A DNA stretch of 64,000 nt from Candidatus Nomurabacteria bacterium GW2011_GWE2_34_25. GTDB taxonomy: Bacteria; Patescibacteriota; Minisyncoccia; Phycocordibacterales; UBA9973. The DNA lies in assembly GCA_000990325.1 (NCBI GenBank), contig LBPS01000005.1:17161-81160 (forward strand), read 5' to 3'. How positions within the stretch are numbered: the stretch's first letter is position 1; the number at the start of each line of letters is the position of its first letter. The notes under the pieces were generated by a model, which did not search any database, was not told where the DNA came from, and saw only the letters and a program-made list of their open reading frames with translations. The position numbers and the translations under genes are program-made. Positions 39,633 to 49,484 of the stretch are shown one piece after another.

Positions 39633-40469
39633 ATTTAATTGCGATATCTCTCCCTTAAATACAAAAGTTGCTGGGCCGCGTAGTAATACGTGGCCTTGTT
39701 CGTTTTCAGATAAATATAGCTTTCCACCAGGGAATTCGAGAGTTATTTCTTCCCCTAGGCACGGCTTAGGGGAAAGTTTATTTAATATCGAATAGACTGC
39801 ACAGGCGCCAGTACCACAAGCAAGAGTTGCTCCGCAACCTCGCTCCCAGACTTTTACTTTGTAATAGTCTTCGCTGATTTTTTCTACAAACTCTACATTT
39901 ATTTTATTAGGAAAGTTTTCATCAATTTCTACCTTTGGGCCAATAGTTTTCAAATCTAATTTATTTAAGTCTTCTACTATTGTAACTGCATGCGGATTAC
40001 CCATAGATACACAATTAAAATCAAAACCCTCTATGTTTATCTTTTTGTCACAGGTCAGACCTGTGACAGTAGGAAAATCAGGGCTTTCAAATATAGGAGC
40101 ACCCATATTTACAGAATAAGTATCATCTTCGTTTACTTTTATATTTTTTATACCAGCTCTCGTTTCTATATTTAATTCAATCTTGCGTGAGGCAAGGCCT
40201 AACGCAGAAGTTTGTTCTAGGAAGAATTTGGCTGTACAACGAGCACCATTACCACACATTTCAGCTAGAGTTCCATCAGAATTATAGTAATTCATAAAAC
40301 AATCAGCTTTATCGCTTGGCTCTAAAAGAATGACTCCATCAGCACCGATGCCAAAATTTCTATCACAAAATTGCTTGATTTGTTCAGGTACTAAGGTAAC
40401 ACTTTTATCCAGATTATTAATCATTATAAAGTCGTTCCCCGCACCGTGGTATTTATGGAATATTGTCAT
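39609..40469 (-). CDS. dapF: Diaminopimelate epimerase with three palindromic in-frame segments
   Basis: HGAGNDF, EMCGNGARC, GNPH, ERGCGATLACGTG motifs. Confidence 0.96.
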   Translation of the reverse strand: MTIFHKYHGAGNDFIMINNLDKSVTLVPEQIKQFCDRNFGIGADGVILLEPSDKADCFMNYYNSDGTLAEMCGNGARCTAKFFLEQTSALGLASRKIELNIETRAGIKNIKVNEDDTYSVNMGAPIFESPDFPTVTGLTCDKKINIEGFDFNCVSMGNPHAVTIVEDLNKLDLKTIGPKVEIDENFPNKINVEFVEKISEDYYKVKVWERGCGATLACGTGACAVYSILNKLSPKPCLGEEITLEFPGGKLYLSENEQGHVLLRGPATFVFKGEISQLNLNSTVIK

Positions 40470-40490
40470 AAAATGTATTATAATATAAAT

Positions 40491-41126
40491 ATGAAAATTT
40501 ATATAGGCAGTGATCATGCTGGATTTGCACTAAAAGAAAAACTTAAAATATTTATAAAAGAACTTGGGTACGAAGTAGAAGACAAGGGAGCTTTTTCTTT
40601 AGAACCAACGGATGATTATCCTGATTTTATAATTCCTGTCGCTAAAGAGGTGGCTCTCCACCCAGATTCTCTTGGAATAATACTAGGGGGTAGCGGTGAA
40701 GGAGAGCAAATTTCAGCCAATAAAATAGATGGAGTCAGAGCTATTGAATATTATGGTGGTAATTTGGAAATTGTAAAACTGGGCCGTGAACACAATGATG
40801 CCAACGTTCTTTCTCTCGGTGTTCGTTTTATAGAAGAGGAAGAAGGAAAAGAAGCTATAAAAATATTTATAAATACTCCATTTTCAAATGAAGAAAGGCA
40901 CGTACGAAGATTAAAGGAAATTGGTAAAATAAATAAAAATTTTAAGATACTTTATTACATAGGCACCCTTATTTTGTTCATAATTGGTCTTATTTTTTAT
41001 GTTTTAAAAACATCTTCTATTGAAGAATTTCCTAAAAAAATTAATTACTTAGAATTATGGCCTATTTTTATTCTAATAATTTTCATTTCATTATTTATAA
41101 TAAAAGCTAATCGTAAGATTAAATAA
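40491..41126 (+). CDS. rpiB: Ribose-5-phosphate isomerase B family protein with C-terminal 2-TM extension
   Basis: GSDHAG, DDYPD, ANKIDGVRA, EHNDANVL, RHVRRL motifs. Confidence 0.9.
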   Translation: MKIYIGSDHAGFALKEKLKIFIKELGYEVEDKGAFSLEPTDDYPDFIIPVAKEVALHPDSLGIILGGSGEGEQISANKIDGVRAIEYYGGNLEIVKLGREHNDANVLSLGVRFIEEEEGKEAIKIFINTPFSNEERHVRRLKEIGKINKNFKILYYIGTLILFIIGLIFYVLKTSSIEEFPKKINYLELWPIFILIIFISLFIIKANRKIK

Positions 41127-41128
41127 TT

Positions 41129-41821
41129 ATGATTGAAGTTATACCAGCAGTATTAGCTAAAGATATAAATGACCTAAGGCAAAAGATTGCCAATGTTGTA
41201 AATGTGACACATATAGTACAAATAGATATCTGTGATGGCAAGTTTGTAGAATCTATAAGCTGGCCTATGAGTCCTTATGATGCCCAAAGTGTCGCCCCTA
41301 TATTAGAAGAGGAAGAAGGCTTACCGTACTGGGAAAACTTAGACTTTGAATTTGATCTAATGGTTAAAGATGCTATCAAACAATTCGACTTTTTTGTTCG
41401 GCTCGGAGCGAAAAGAATAATATTCCACCTAGAAGCTGAGGACCAAAATGAACTTAAGGATTTTATTAATGCTATCGACCCATATACTAGAGAGAATTTA
41501 GAAATAGGAATAGCTATAAATACAACAACGAAGATAGAGGAATTATTCCCTTACATAAATTCGATAGATTTTGTACAATGTATGGGTATCGAGCACATAG
41601 GATTCCAAGGTGAACCTTTCGATGAAAAAGTTTTGGCTCAGATAAAAAGTTTAAAAGAAAAATATCCAGATTTGATTGTAAGTGTGGATGGTAGTGTCAA
41701 TGAAGATACTGCTCCGCGATTAGTAGAAGCAGGCGCAGACAGGCTCGTCACAGGGAGTCTACTTATGAGAAGTTTTGATGTCAAAGAAACGATAAAAGAA
41801 TTAAGTGAACTAGGTTCTTAG
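41129..41821 (+). CDS. rpe: Ribulose-phosphate 3-epimerase
   Basis: QIDICDGKFV, GFQGEPF, VDGSVN motifs. Confidence 0.88.
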   Translation: MIEVIPAVLAKDINDLRQKIANVVNVTHIVQIDICDGKFVESISWPMSPYDAQSVAPILEEEEGLPYWENLDFEFDLMVKDAIKQFDFFVRLGAKRIIFHLEAEDQNELKDFINAIDPYTRENLEIGIAINTTTKIEELFPYINSIDFVQCMGIEHIGFQGEPFDEKVLAQIKSLKEKYPDLIVSVDGSVNEDTAPRLVEAGADRLVTGSLLMRSFDVKETIKELSELGS

Positions 41822-41831
41822 AAAGCTACAC

Positions 41832-41903
41832 AAATTATATTTTAAAAAAAGTCCTCGGATGAGGGAGGACGAGGAGCCAGACTAGTTTTTTATAAAATAA
41901 TTT
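41832..41903. repeat. GC-rich core flanked by AT-rich inverted arms
   Basis: aaattatattttaaaaaa...ttttttataaaataattt around gtcctcggatgagggaggacgaggagccagac. Confidence 0.4.
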
Positions 41904-41919
41904 GTTTCGCTTAAATACA

Positions 41920-42768
41920 ATGGAAACATTAAACGACAATAGAATAAAAGAATTACAAATAATAGCGAATAATATTCGTAAGAGTATTATCAATATGCTT
42001 TATGAGGCAAAATCTGGACACACAGCCGGCGCCCTTGGTATGGCAGATATATTTACTTATTTATATTTTGAAGCTTTAAAACATCAGCCAGAAAATCCTT
42101 TTTGGCCAGATAGAGACAGATTAGTATTGTCCAATGGTCATATTTGTCCAGTACTTTATGCCACAATGGCTCATGCAGGATACTTCCCAGTAGAAGAACT
42201 TAATACGCTCCGCAAATTTAGTAGTAGACTCCAAGGACATCCTCACAGAGAATTCTTGCCTATACTAGAGACCTCTTCAGGACCACTTGGCGAAGGGCTT
42301 TCCCAAGCAGTAGGTATGGCTATTGCATCTCGCATGGAGAGGGGAATTGATAAGAAAATATATTGTCTCCTAGGTGACGGGGAACTAAACGAAGGTCAGA
42401 ACTGGGAAGCGATCATGCTCGCCTCAAAAGAGAAGTTAAACAATTTAATTGTAATAGTAGATAGAAACTTTATTCAAATAGATGGTAGTACTGAGATAGT
42501 TATGCCAATGGGAGACATGCTTTCTAAATTTAAAGAATTTGGATGGAATGGTGAACAAATAAATGGACATGATTTAATTCAAATCAATCACGCAATTTAT
42601 AATGCTAAAAATAACAAAGAGAGACCTTATGTGATAATTGCAAAAACAATTCCAAGTAAAGGAGTAAAAGAATGGGAAGGGAATTATAAATGGCATGGAA
42701 TAGCTCCAAGTAAAGAGGAGAAAGACATGGCAATTAAAGAATTAGAAAAATTAGTTTCTAGTTTCTAG
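41920..42768 (+). CDS. Transketolase N-terminal subunit
   Basis: SGHTAG, RDRLVLSNGH, LQGHP, GDGELNEG motifs. Confidence 0.95.
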   Translation: METLNDNRIKELQIIANNIRKSIINMLYEAKSGHTAGALGMADIFTYLYFEALKHQPENPFWPDRDRLVLSNGHICPVLYATMAHAGYFPVEELNTLRKFSSRLQGHPHREFLPILETSSGPLGEGLSQAVGMAIASRMERGIDKKIYCLLGDGELNEGQNWEAIMLASKEKLNNLIVIVDRNFIQIDGSTEIVMPMGDMLSKFKEFGWNGEQINGHDLIQINHAIYNAKNNKERPYVIIAKTIPSKGVKEWEGNYKWHGIAPSKEEKDMAIKELEKLVSSF

Positions 42769-42783
42769 TGGCTAGGTTCTAGT
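42752..42783. repeat. Heptamer tandem array (TAGTTTC-like) over the stop codon
   Basis: tagtttc tagtttc tagtggc taggttc tagt; reverse-complement type of 29727-29760. Confidence 0.65.
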
Positions 42784-42798
42784 AATTATAAAAACAAA

Positions 42799-43788
42799 AT
42801 GCTTAATCAAAAATTAAAACTAAATACAAAAATATTTAATTCTGATGTAGAGAAGAAATCTACTCGTCTCGGCTTTGGTGAAGGGTTACTCATTGCTGGA
42901 ACACAAAATGAAAACATCGTAGGACTTTGTGCTGACTTAGTAGAATCTACTAAGATGAACTTATTTGCTGACAAATTCCCTGATAGATTTATAGAATTAG
43001 GAATTGCTGAACAAAACTTAGCGTCTGTGGCAAGTGGCATGGCTTCTATGGGCAAAATTCCTTTTATTGCTTCTTATGCAATTTATAGTCCTGGACGTAA
43101 TTGGGAACAAATACGCACAACTATTTGTTTTAATGGAGAACCTGTTAAGATTATCGGCACACATGCAGGTCTTTCTGTGGGTCCTGATGGAGGAAGCCAC
43201 CAATGCCTAGAAGACATTGCTCTTACTCGCGTACTTCCTAACATGGTAGTTATTTCTCCTTGTGACGCTATCGAAGCTAAGAAGGCAACTATTGTAATGT
43301 CAAAAACAAAAAGCCCGACATACCTACGGTGTGCCAGGAATGATACTCCAATAATAACAACAGAGGAAACTCCATTTGAAATAGGTAAAGCACAAATAGT
43401 TTTCCAGCCTGAAAATGGACTCGCCCAATTGGGAATAATCGCTACAGGACCATCAGTATACAATGCGCTAATAGTAGCTAAAAATTTAGAAAGTGAAGGA
43501 ATAAAGGTGAAGGTTATGAATCTATCCACTATAAAACCTTTAGACAGTGATGCTATTATGGCCTTAGCAAAAGAAACCAAAAAAATAGTAACAGTGGAAG
43601 ACCATCAAATTGCTGGCGGTATGGGAGGAGCTGTTGCTGAATGCCTAGCTCAAAACTATCCTACTAGAATAGAGTTTGTGGGAGTAAAAGACAAATTTGG
43701 ACAGTCAGGTATACCTGAAGAACTCGCAAAATATTACGAAATAGACCAAGAGGCGATACTTAGGGCTGTAAGAAAAATATTGAAATAA
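42799..43788 (+). CDS. Transketolase C-terminal subunit
   Basis: GIAEQN, GPDGGSHQ, KPLD, FGQSG motifs. Confidence 0.95.
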   Translation: MLNQKLKLNTKIFNSDVEKKSTRLGFGEGLLIAGTQNENIVGLCADLVESTKMNLFADKFPDRFIELGIAEQNLASVASGMASMGKIPFIASYAIYSPGRNWEQIRTTICFNGEPVKIIGTHAGLSVGPDGGSHQCLEDIALTRVLPNMVVISPCDAIEAKKATIVMSKTKSPTYLRCARNDTPIITTEETPFEIGKAQIVFQPENGLAQLGIIATGPSVYNALIVAKNLESEGIKVKVMNLSTIKPLDSDAIMALAKETKKIVTVEDHQIAGGMGGAVAECLAQNYPTRIEFVGVKDKFGQSGIPEELAKYYEIDQEAILRAVRKILK

Positions 43789-43791
43789 AAA

Positions 43792-43832
43792 TAATAAAAA
43801 ATAAGGAAGTCGGACTTCCTTATTTTTTATTA
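43792..43832. terminator. Triloop palindrome / bidirectional terminator
   Basis: taataaaaaataaggaagt-cgg-acttccttattttttatta. Confidence 0.8.
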
Positions 43833-43835
43833 CTT

Positions 43836-44834
43836 TTATTTAATTTGAGTTAGTTTATAATTTTCAGGAGCATTCGTTAAATATTCTTCTAATTTTTCTC
43901 TTGAGAGAAGTCCTTTTTGAGGTCCAACTTGTAAGACAACAGACATGGCATTGATAGGTCCCCACGTTAAGGCCTCTTTTAAATCTTTTTCTAATATTAA
44001 GGCCGAGACAACAGCCGAAGCAAAAGCATCACCAGCTCCCGTTGATTCAAAAGAGGATGTGCTGTATACAGGAATAAACCAGATATTGATTCCATCATCT
44101 AAATAAGCCCCCCTAAGCCCATCTGTCATTATTATATTCTTTGGACCAATAGACCTCAACATGGTCATCAATTTAACAGCATCATTTTCTTCGGTTTCTA
44201 AGATTTTTTGAGCTTCAACTAAATTACAGAAGAGTATTTCTGTTTTTTGATATATATCCCTTAAAGCTTCAATTCCAAGTTTAATTTGAAATGTTCCAGG
44301 TTGAAAAGCTAATTTTACCTCAGGAAATTTATTTAAATAATCATTTATTTCTTTGTGATAATCGATTGAATTTGAAGCTAACGACGAAAGATAAACCCAT
44401 TTAGCTTGAGGAACATCTTCACCTAAAGAATAAGGGAATTCTGTATGCTTCACAAGAATTGTTCGCTCAGTTTCGTACCAAAGAACAAAATGATAATTGG
44501 ACTCCATACCAGGAACTATTTTCATATGATCTACATTGACACCATCTTTCATTAAAGATTCTAAGTCTTGTTTGCCTACAGTATCATCCCCAATATAAGA
44601 AACGAGGGACGACTTGAGACCAAGCTTACTTACACCAACTGCTACATTGGGACTGTTGCCTACAGCATGGCATACTTCTGCAGATTCATAGGGTACCTTT
44701 TCTCCGAAACGAAAACATATCTTGCAATGTTCCCCCTGTAAATCACAATTGGCTTCTGCATCAATAATCTTTATAAATGGCTCAGTTGCTATATCTCCTA
44801 TAGCTAGAAAATCTATTTGTTTATCTTTATCCAT
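43836..44834 (-). CDS. PfkB-family carbohydrate kinase
   Basis: IGDD, ESTGAGDAF motifs. Confidence 0.9.
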   Translation of the reverse strand: MDKDKQIDFLAIGDIATEPFIKIIDAEANCDLQGEHCKICFRFGEKVPYESAEVCHAVGNSPNVAVGVSKLGLKSSLVSYIGDDTVGKQDLESLMKDGVNVDHMKIVPGMESNYHFVLWYETERTILVKHTEFPYSLGEDVPQAKWVYLSSLASNSIDYHKEINDYLNKFPEVKLAFQPGTFQIKLGIEALRDIYQKTEILFCNLVEAQKILETEENDAVKLMTMLRSIGPKNIIMTDGLRGAYLDDGINIWFIPVYSTSSFESTGAGDAFASAVVSALILEKDLKEALTWGPINAMSVVLQVGPQKGLLSREKLEEYLTNAPENYKLTQIK

Positions 44835-44870
44835 TTAAATATTATACCACAATGTGATATAATTATTAAT
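44835..44870. promoter_or_regulatory. Back-to-back extended -10 promoters for pfkB-like and fba genes
   Basis: TGnTATAAT on both strands, each 5-7 nt from an ATG. Confidence 0.6.
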
Positions 44871-45761
44871 ATGATTAAAACTTTAAGAGAATATATAAAA
44901 GAAGCAGAGGGAAAAGGAATAGCCATCGGGCATTTTAATATTTCAAACATGGAAGGCTTGCATGGTATATATAATGCTTCTAAAAAACTATCGGAAGAAA
45001 CAGGTTCCCCAGTGCCTATTATCATTGGTGTCTCAGAAGGAGAGGAAGAATTTATTGGTAGAGATGAAGTTGCAGTGTTGGTCAAAATGATAAGAGAAAG
45101 AGATAACTATCCAATATTCTTAAATGCAGACCATCATTATACTTTTGAGTCTGTTAAAAAAGCTTTAGAGGCAGGATATGACGCGGCAATTCTAGATGCT
45201 GTAAAACTTCCTCTTGAGGAAAATATAATCCTTACAAAAAAGTGTGTAGAATATGCTAAAGAATTAGGTGATAAAGAAGGTAGGGACATACTAATAGAAG
45301 CCGAGCTAGGATTCATTGGACAGTCATCCAAACTACTTGATGCAATCCCAGAAGGAGTGAGTGAGGCAACAATGACAAAACCAGAGGATGCAAAATATTT
45401 TGTCGAACAAACTGATATAAACCTACTTGCGCCGTCAGTAGGTAATATTCATGGAATGATAAAAGGTGGTAACCCAAGATTAGATATAGAGAGAATTAAA
45501 GCTATCAGAGAAGCTTGTGGGGTTCCGTTGGTACTCCATGGAGGTTCAGGAATAGCAGATGAAGACTTCACAAGTGCAATAAAAGCTGGAATCTCAATAA
45601 TCCACATTAATACTGAGATACGCGTGGCTTATAAAAATGCATTAGAGAAATCATTAAAAGAAAATCCCAACGAAGTTGCTCCTTATAAATTCCTAAAAGG
45701 GGGAGTGGAGGCTGTAGAAGATGTGGTCTATAATCGTTTGAAATTATTCAACAATTTATAG
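44871..45761 (+). CDS. fba: Class II fructose-bisphosphate aldolase
   Basis: NADH, EAELG, GNIHG, LVLHGGSG, INTE motifs. Confidence 0.93.
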   Translation: MIKTLREYIKEAEGKGIAIGHFNISNMEGLHGIYNASKKLSEETGSPVPIIIGVSEGEEEFIGRDEVAVLVKMIRERDNYPIFLNADHHYTFESVKKALEAGYDAAILDAVKLPLEENIILTKKCVEYAKELGDKEGRDILIEAELGFIGQSSKLLDAIPEGVSEATMTKPEDAKYFVEQTDINLLAPSVGNIHGMIKGGNPRLDIERIKAIREACGVPLVLHGGSGIADEDFTSAIKAGISIIHINTEIRVAYKNALEKSLKENPNEVAPYKFLKGGVEAVEDVVYNRLKLFNNL

Positions 45762-45764
45762 TAT

Positions 45765-45926
45765 ATGGTTATAGACATAGAACTTACATTGAATAGATGG
45801 GGATTTGGTAAAATTAATGAAAACAAATTTCAGTTTTTTTGTTTTAGATTCTCTAAGTGGAAAATCCCCAATAAGTATTCTATCTCTTTTGAAATAAATT
45901 GGAGGGGTAAAGATGAATCCAAATAA
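45765..45926 (+). CDS. Possible small protein (53 aa)
   Basis: Manual ORF MVIDIELTLNRWGFG... starting 3 nt after the fba stop. Confidence 0.4.
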   Translation: MVIDIELTLNRWGFGKINENKFQFFCFRFSKWKIPNKYSISFEINWRGKDESK

Positions 45927-45979
45927 TCAATTTTTGCTAAATTTGATATTATGAATAATGTATGTTATAATGACATTTC

Positions 45980-46498
45980 ATGAAATGGATTATATTTACA
46001 GGTACATGGCAATTAACTAATAAAGAGGTTGAAAATGATGTCAGACAAGCAGTTAGACGTGTTTTCGAGCGTGGTGATGGCCTAGCTACTGGTGGAGCAA
46101 CTGGAGTTGATTATTTTGCTATGGATGAGTTTGTAAAATTAAATCCAAGTTGTACTCGTATTAGAATTTTTATCCCTGCACGTCTTGATCATTTTATAGA
46201 CGATTATAGAAAAAGTTGGAAGCACAGTCCTATTAATGATACAGACATAGACAACTTGGAATATCTTTTAAAATTAATTAAGGAGAGAAATCCAAGTGCT
46301 GTATTTGAAGTAAGAAAAGAAAGTGGAGATATAAGTCAGGAAGAATATGATATTCGTCACAATGAGGAAGTGACCTTTTCTGATGAAATATATGCCTTTC
46401 AAGTCAATGATAGTAGTGGCACTAGCGACACTATAGAAAAAGCTAAAAAAGCAGGCTTACCTATAAGTCTGCACAAAACTTATACGATTGCTGAATAA
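45980..46498 (+). CDS. SLOG-superfamily (DprA/Smf/YpsA-like Rossmannoid) protein
   Basis: ATGGATGVD glycine motif and SSGTSDTI motif. Confidence 0.6.
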   Translation: MKWIIFTGTWQLTNKEVENDVRQAVRRVFERGDGLATGGATGVDYFAMDEFVKLNPSCTRIRIFIPARLDHFIDDYRKSWKHSPINDTDIDNLEYLLKLIKERNPSAVFEVRKESGDISQEEYDIRHNEEVTFSDEIYAFQVNDSSGTSDTIEKAKKAGLPISLHKTYTIAE

Positions 46499-46543
46499 TA
46501 TAAAATAAATATACCCCGCTTTTTGAGCAGGGCATGGCTTATT

Positions 46544-46939
46544 TTAGTTTACCTTATTTAATATTAACCTAACTAAAAATTTAGGGTATTTGCCCATAAA
46601 CTTATTGTAGTCAAGAATTTCTTCCTCGTAGTCTTCCTGATTGTGAATCATTTTCATCCTGGTGAGGTCTTTTGGATATTCCGAAGAAGAATTCAATTCC
46701 TCCAGGTAAAGATATTTTTGACGGAATTTTTCTGAAGCTAGTTTAATTTTTTTAACTTCATTATAAATATCAGATTGAACTTTTCGTATTTTTTTATAAG
46801 CAGAAAAGATGACAATCAAAGAAATTTCCCCAAAAATAATTTCTTCAAAAAACAATGAGTCCTTCGAAATTATTAAAAAATATACAAATACACATACAAG
46901 GCCTAAGCAAATAAATACATTTAAAATCTTTTTTTTCAT
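46544..46939 (-). CDS. Hypothetical membrane protein
   Basis: ORF track; two N-terminal TM segments. Confidence 0.55.
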   Translation of the reverse strand: MKKKILNVFICLGLVCVFVYFLIISKDSLFFEEIIFGEISLIVIFSAYKKIRKVQSDIYNEVKKIKLASEKFRQKYLYLEELNSSSEYPKDLTRMKMIHNQEDYEEEILDYNKFMGKYPKFLVRLILNKVN

Positions 46940-46961
46940 GAGATAGTATTTTTTAAATTAA

Positions 46962-47248
46962 TTACTGTAGCATGCTGTACTCGTTTTTCCAATGAATAGC
47001 CTCTTTTTCATAATTGCAAAGAGTAAACATTAATTCTTTATTCTTTTTTCTGGTTGAATCAAGTCTTTTTTTGTGTTTTCGAAGCACGCGATAAAATTTT
47101 ATTTGCTCCATAAAAAATTCATTATTCTGCTTTTTTAATACAGCAATTTCCTTTTTACTCTTTTTCTAATTATCCTTTCCCTAATTAGTAGAGCAGATAA
47201 TACCACAAGAAAAATACCTAGACATAGAATAACAAAAAATGTTCCCAT
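46962..47248 (-). pseudogene. Possible ~95 aa TM/coiled-coil ORF broken by a 1-nt homopolymer frameshift near 47165
   Basis: MGTFFVILCLGIFLVVLSALLIRERIIR... continues to ...YSMLQ if one A is added in an A-run. Confidence 0.35.
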
Positions 47249-47341
47249 AGTTTTTTGATTTTTAAATTTTTCCTTATAATATAATCAATAAGTGATTTTG
47301 TCAATTGTTATCACTTGCAGAAAGAGGATTATAGTGTTAAT

Positions 47342-48016
47342 ATGGCGTCTATGAATACATTAACCGCAACAAAGCGAAGTAAGACGGAGAAGCTAAGTGT
47401 CATACGAAATAACGGTATGATCCCAGCTGTCGTCTATGGCGCTCAAGTGGAAAACCAGCTCGTTTCCGTTTTGAGTACTGACTTCGTTAAAACATTAAGA
47501 ATCGCAGGTGAGACAAGTACAATAGTACTTGATATCGCTGGCACAACAGAAAAGGAAAAGGCCGTCAAAGTTGATGTTCTTATCCACGAAGTGCAGGTAG
47601 ATCCAGTTAAAGGATTTCCTATACACGTAGATTTCCTTGCTGTTGATATGAACAAACCTGTCGAAGTGGCTATTCCACTTATTTTCATCGGCATTGCCAA
47701 AGCTGAAAAAGATGGTCTAGGTACTCTCGTCAAGGTCTTACACGAAATTGAGATTGAAGCTCTTCCTAAAGACCTTCCTCATAATATTGAGATAGATGTA
47801 ACTATCATTGCTACACTTGAAGACTTGATTCATGTCAAAGACATAAAACTTCCAAAGGGTGTAACTCTAGTAACTGATGGTGAAGAAGTTGTAGCTCTCG
47901 TAGCTGCTGCTAAAGAAGAAAAAGAAGAGGAAGTAGTAGTAGATCTTTCGGCTATTGAAGTAGAAAAGAAGGGTAAGAAAGAAGAGGAAGCTCCAGAGTC
48001 AACAGAAGCAAAATAA
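47342..48016 (+). CDS. rplY: 50S ribosomal protein L25/Ctc
   Basis: IPAVVYG, HVDF, LPKDLPH motifs; start could also be 47351. Confidence 0.94.
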   Translation: MASMNTLTATKRSKTEKLSVIRNNGMIPAVVYGAQVENQLVSVLSTDFVKTLRIAGETSTIVLDIAGTTEKEKAVKVDVLIHEVQVDPVKGFPIHVDFLAVDMNKPVEVAIPLIFIGIAKAEKDGLGTLVKVLHEIEIEALPKDLPHNIEIDVTIIATLEDLIHVKDIKLPKGVTLVTDGEEVVALVAAAKEEKEEEVVVDLSAIEVEKKGKKEEEAPESTEAK

Positions 48017-48030
48017 CATTATTGAATGAA

Positions 48031-48068
48031 CATAAATCACTCTCAACTTTGGTTGAGGGTGATTTATG
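48031..48068 (+). terminator. Hairpin after rplY
   Basis: cataaatcactctcaac-tttg-gttgagggtgatttatg. Confidence 0.65.
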
Positions 48069-48081
48069 CTATAATAGAGGA

Positions 48082-49458
48082 ATGAATCGATACATTTTAT
48101 ACCTTTTCTCTTTTTTCTTTATATTTACATCAATTTTTGGAAATTTCATTTATCAAATACCAAAAGTTCATGCTGGCCAGGAGCTTGAAAATGCCCAAGC
48201 CGATAGAGCCAGGCTAGAAAGTGAGCTATCAAACCTGGAAAAGGAAATAGCCGCAAAACAAAAGGAGCTTTCTACACAGAAGGGCCAATCCACCTCTCTT
48301 TCTCGTGATATAGCGATCCTAACAACTCAAATTAAAAAATCCAAATTAGACATTCAAGCCAAGAATCTAATAATCAAAAAACTGGGAGGTGAAATAATTG
48401 AGAAAAGTCAGAAAATTAATACTTTAAATGACAGATTAGACAGCATTAAAGAATCTTTGGCTCAATTAATCCGTAAAAACAGAGAAATAGATGATAAATC
48501 AATACTCGCGTTAATACTTTCAAAAAATAATATCTCCGATGCTTATGGAGACATTGATGCCTTTTCTTCTATAAAAAGAAGCATTGGTAAATCTGTAGAT
48601 GAAATCAGAGGAGTAAAGTCTCTCACTGAAGAAGAAAAAAATCTCCTCGAGCAAAAGAAAAACAAAGAAGTAGATACCAAAGTACAACTAGAAACAGCCA
48701 AAAGAGAAGTTGAGATGAATGAAAAAGATAAACAACAATTATTATCAATTAGTAAAGACAAAGAAAAAGCTTATCAAAAACTTTTAGATGATAAAGCAAG
48801 AAGACGCGCGGAAATACTTTCAATGTTATTTAATCTTCGTGACGTTTCTGCTATTCCTTTTGAAAAAGCTTTGGAATATGCAAAATTAGCTGAAGAAAAA
48901 CTAGGAATTAGGCCTGCATTTCTACTTGCAATACTTACCCAAGAAAGTAATTTGGGTACTGACCAAGGATCTTGTTATGTTACCAACATCGAAACTGGAT
49001 CCGGTATAAGTTCTAAAAGCGGTAAGGCATTTGCAAACGTTATGAAGCCAACCAGAGATGTAAAACCTTTCTTTGATATTACTACGTCTGTCGGAAGAGA
49101 TCCATATAAAACTCTAGTCTCTTGCCCTATAGGAGGTTCTGGGTATGGAGGAGCTATGGGTCCAGCACAATTTATCCCTTCAACATGGCAATTGCTTAAA
49201 TCTCGAATCGCAAATATTCTTGGAATAAAAACCCCTGATCCATGGTATGCAAAGGATGCTTTCATGGCCTCAGCTATTTATCTTACAGATCTAGGCGCCA
49301 AAGGAAGTAGCTATACAAGCGAAAGAAATGCTGCTTGTAGATATTATTCAGGTCGTAAATGTGACAATAAAAAGCCAAATAATAGCTTTTATGGGGACAG
49401 TGTTATGAAGAAAGCAACTAATATTCAAACGAAATACATTGACCCATTGCAAAACTAA
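48082..49458 (+). CDS. Secreted coiled-coil lytic transglycosylase
   Basis: Signal peptide, coiled coil, LTQES catalytic Glu, GAMGPAQFIPSTW. Confidence 0.88.
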   Translation: MNRYILYLFSFFFIFTSIFGNFIYQIPKVHAGQELENAQADRARLESELSNLEKEIAAKQKELSTQKGQSTSLSRDIAILTTQIKKSKLDIQAKNLIIKKLGGEIIEKSQKINTLNDRLDSIKESLAQLIRKNREIDDKSILALILSKNNISDAYGDIDAFSSIKRSIGKSVDEIRGVKSLTEEEKNLLEQKKNKEVDTKVQLETAKREVEMNEKDKQQLLSISKDKEKAYQKLLDDKARRRAEILSMLFNLRDVSAIPFEKALEYAKLAEEKLGIRPAFLLAILTQESNLGTDQGSCYVTNIETGSGISSKSGKAFANVMKPTRDVKPFFDITTSVGRDPYKTLVSCPIGGSGYGGAMGPAQFIPSTWQLLKSRIANILGIKTPDPWYAKDAFMASAIYLTDLGAKGSSYTSERNAACRYYSGRKCDNKKPNNSFYGDSVMKKATNIQTKYIDPLQN

Positions 49459-49484
49459 TAAAAGCGTGATAATATAACAAAATT

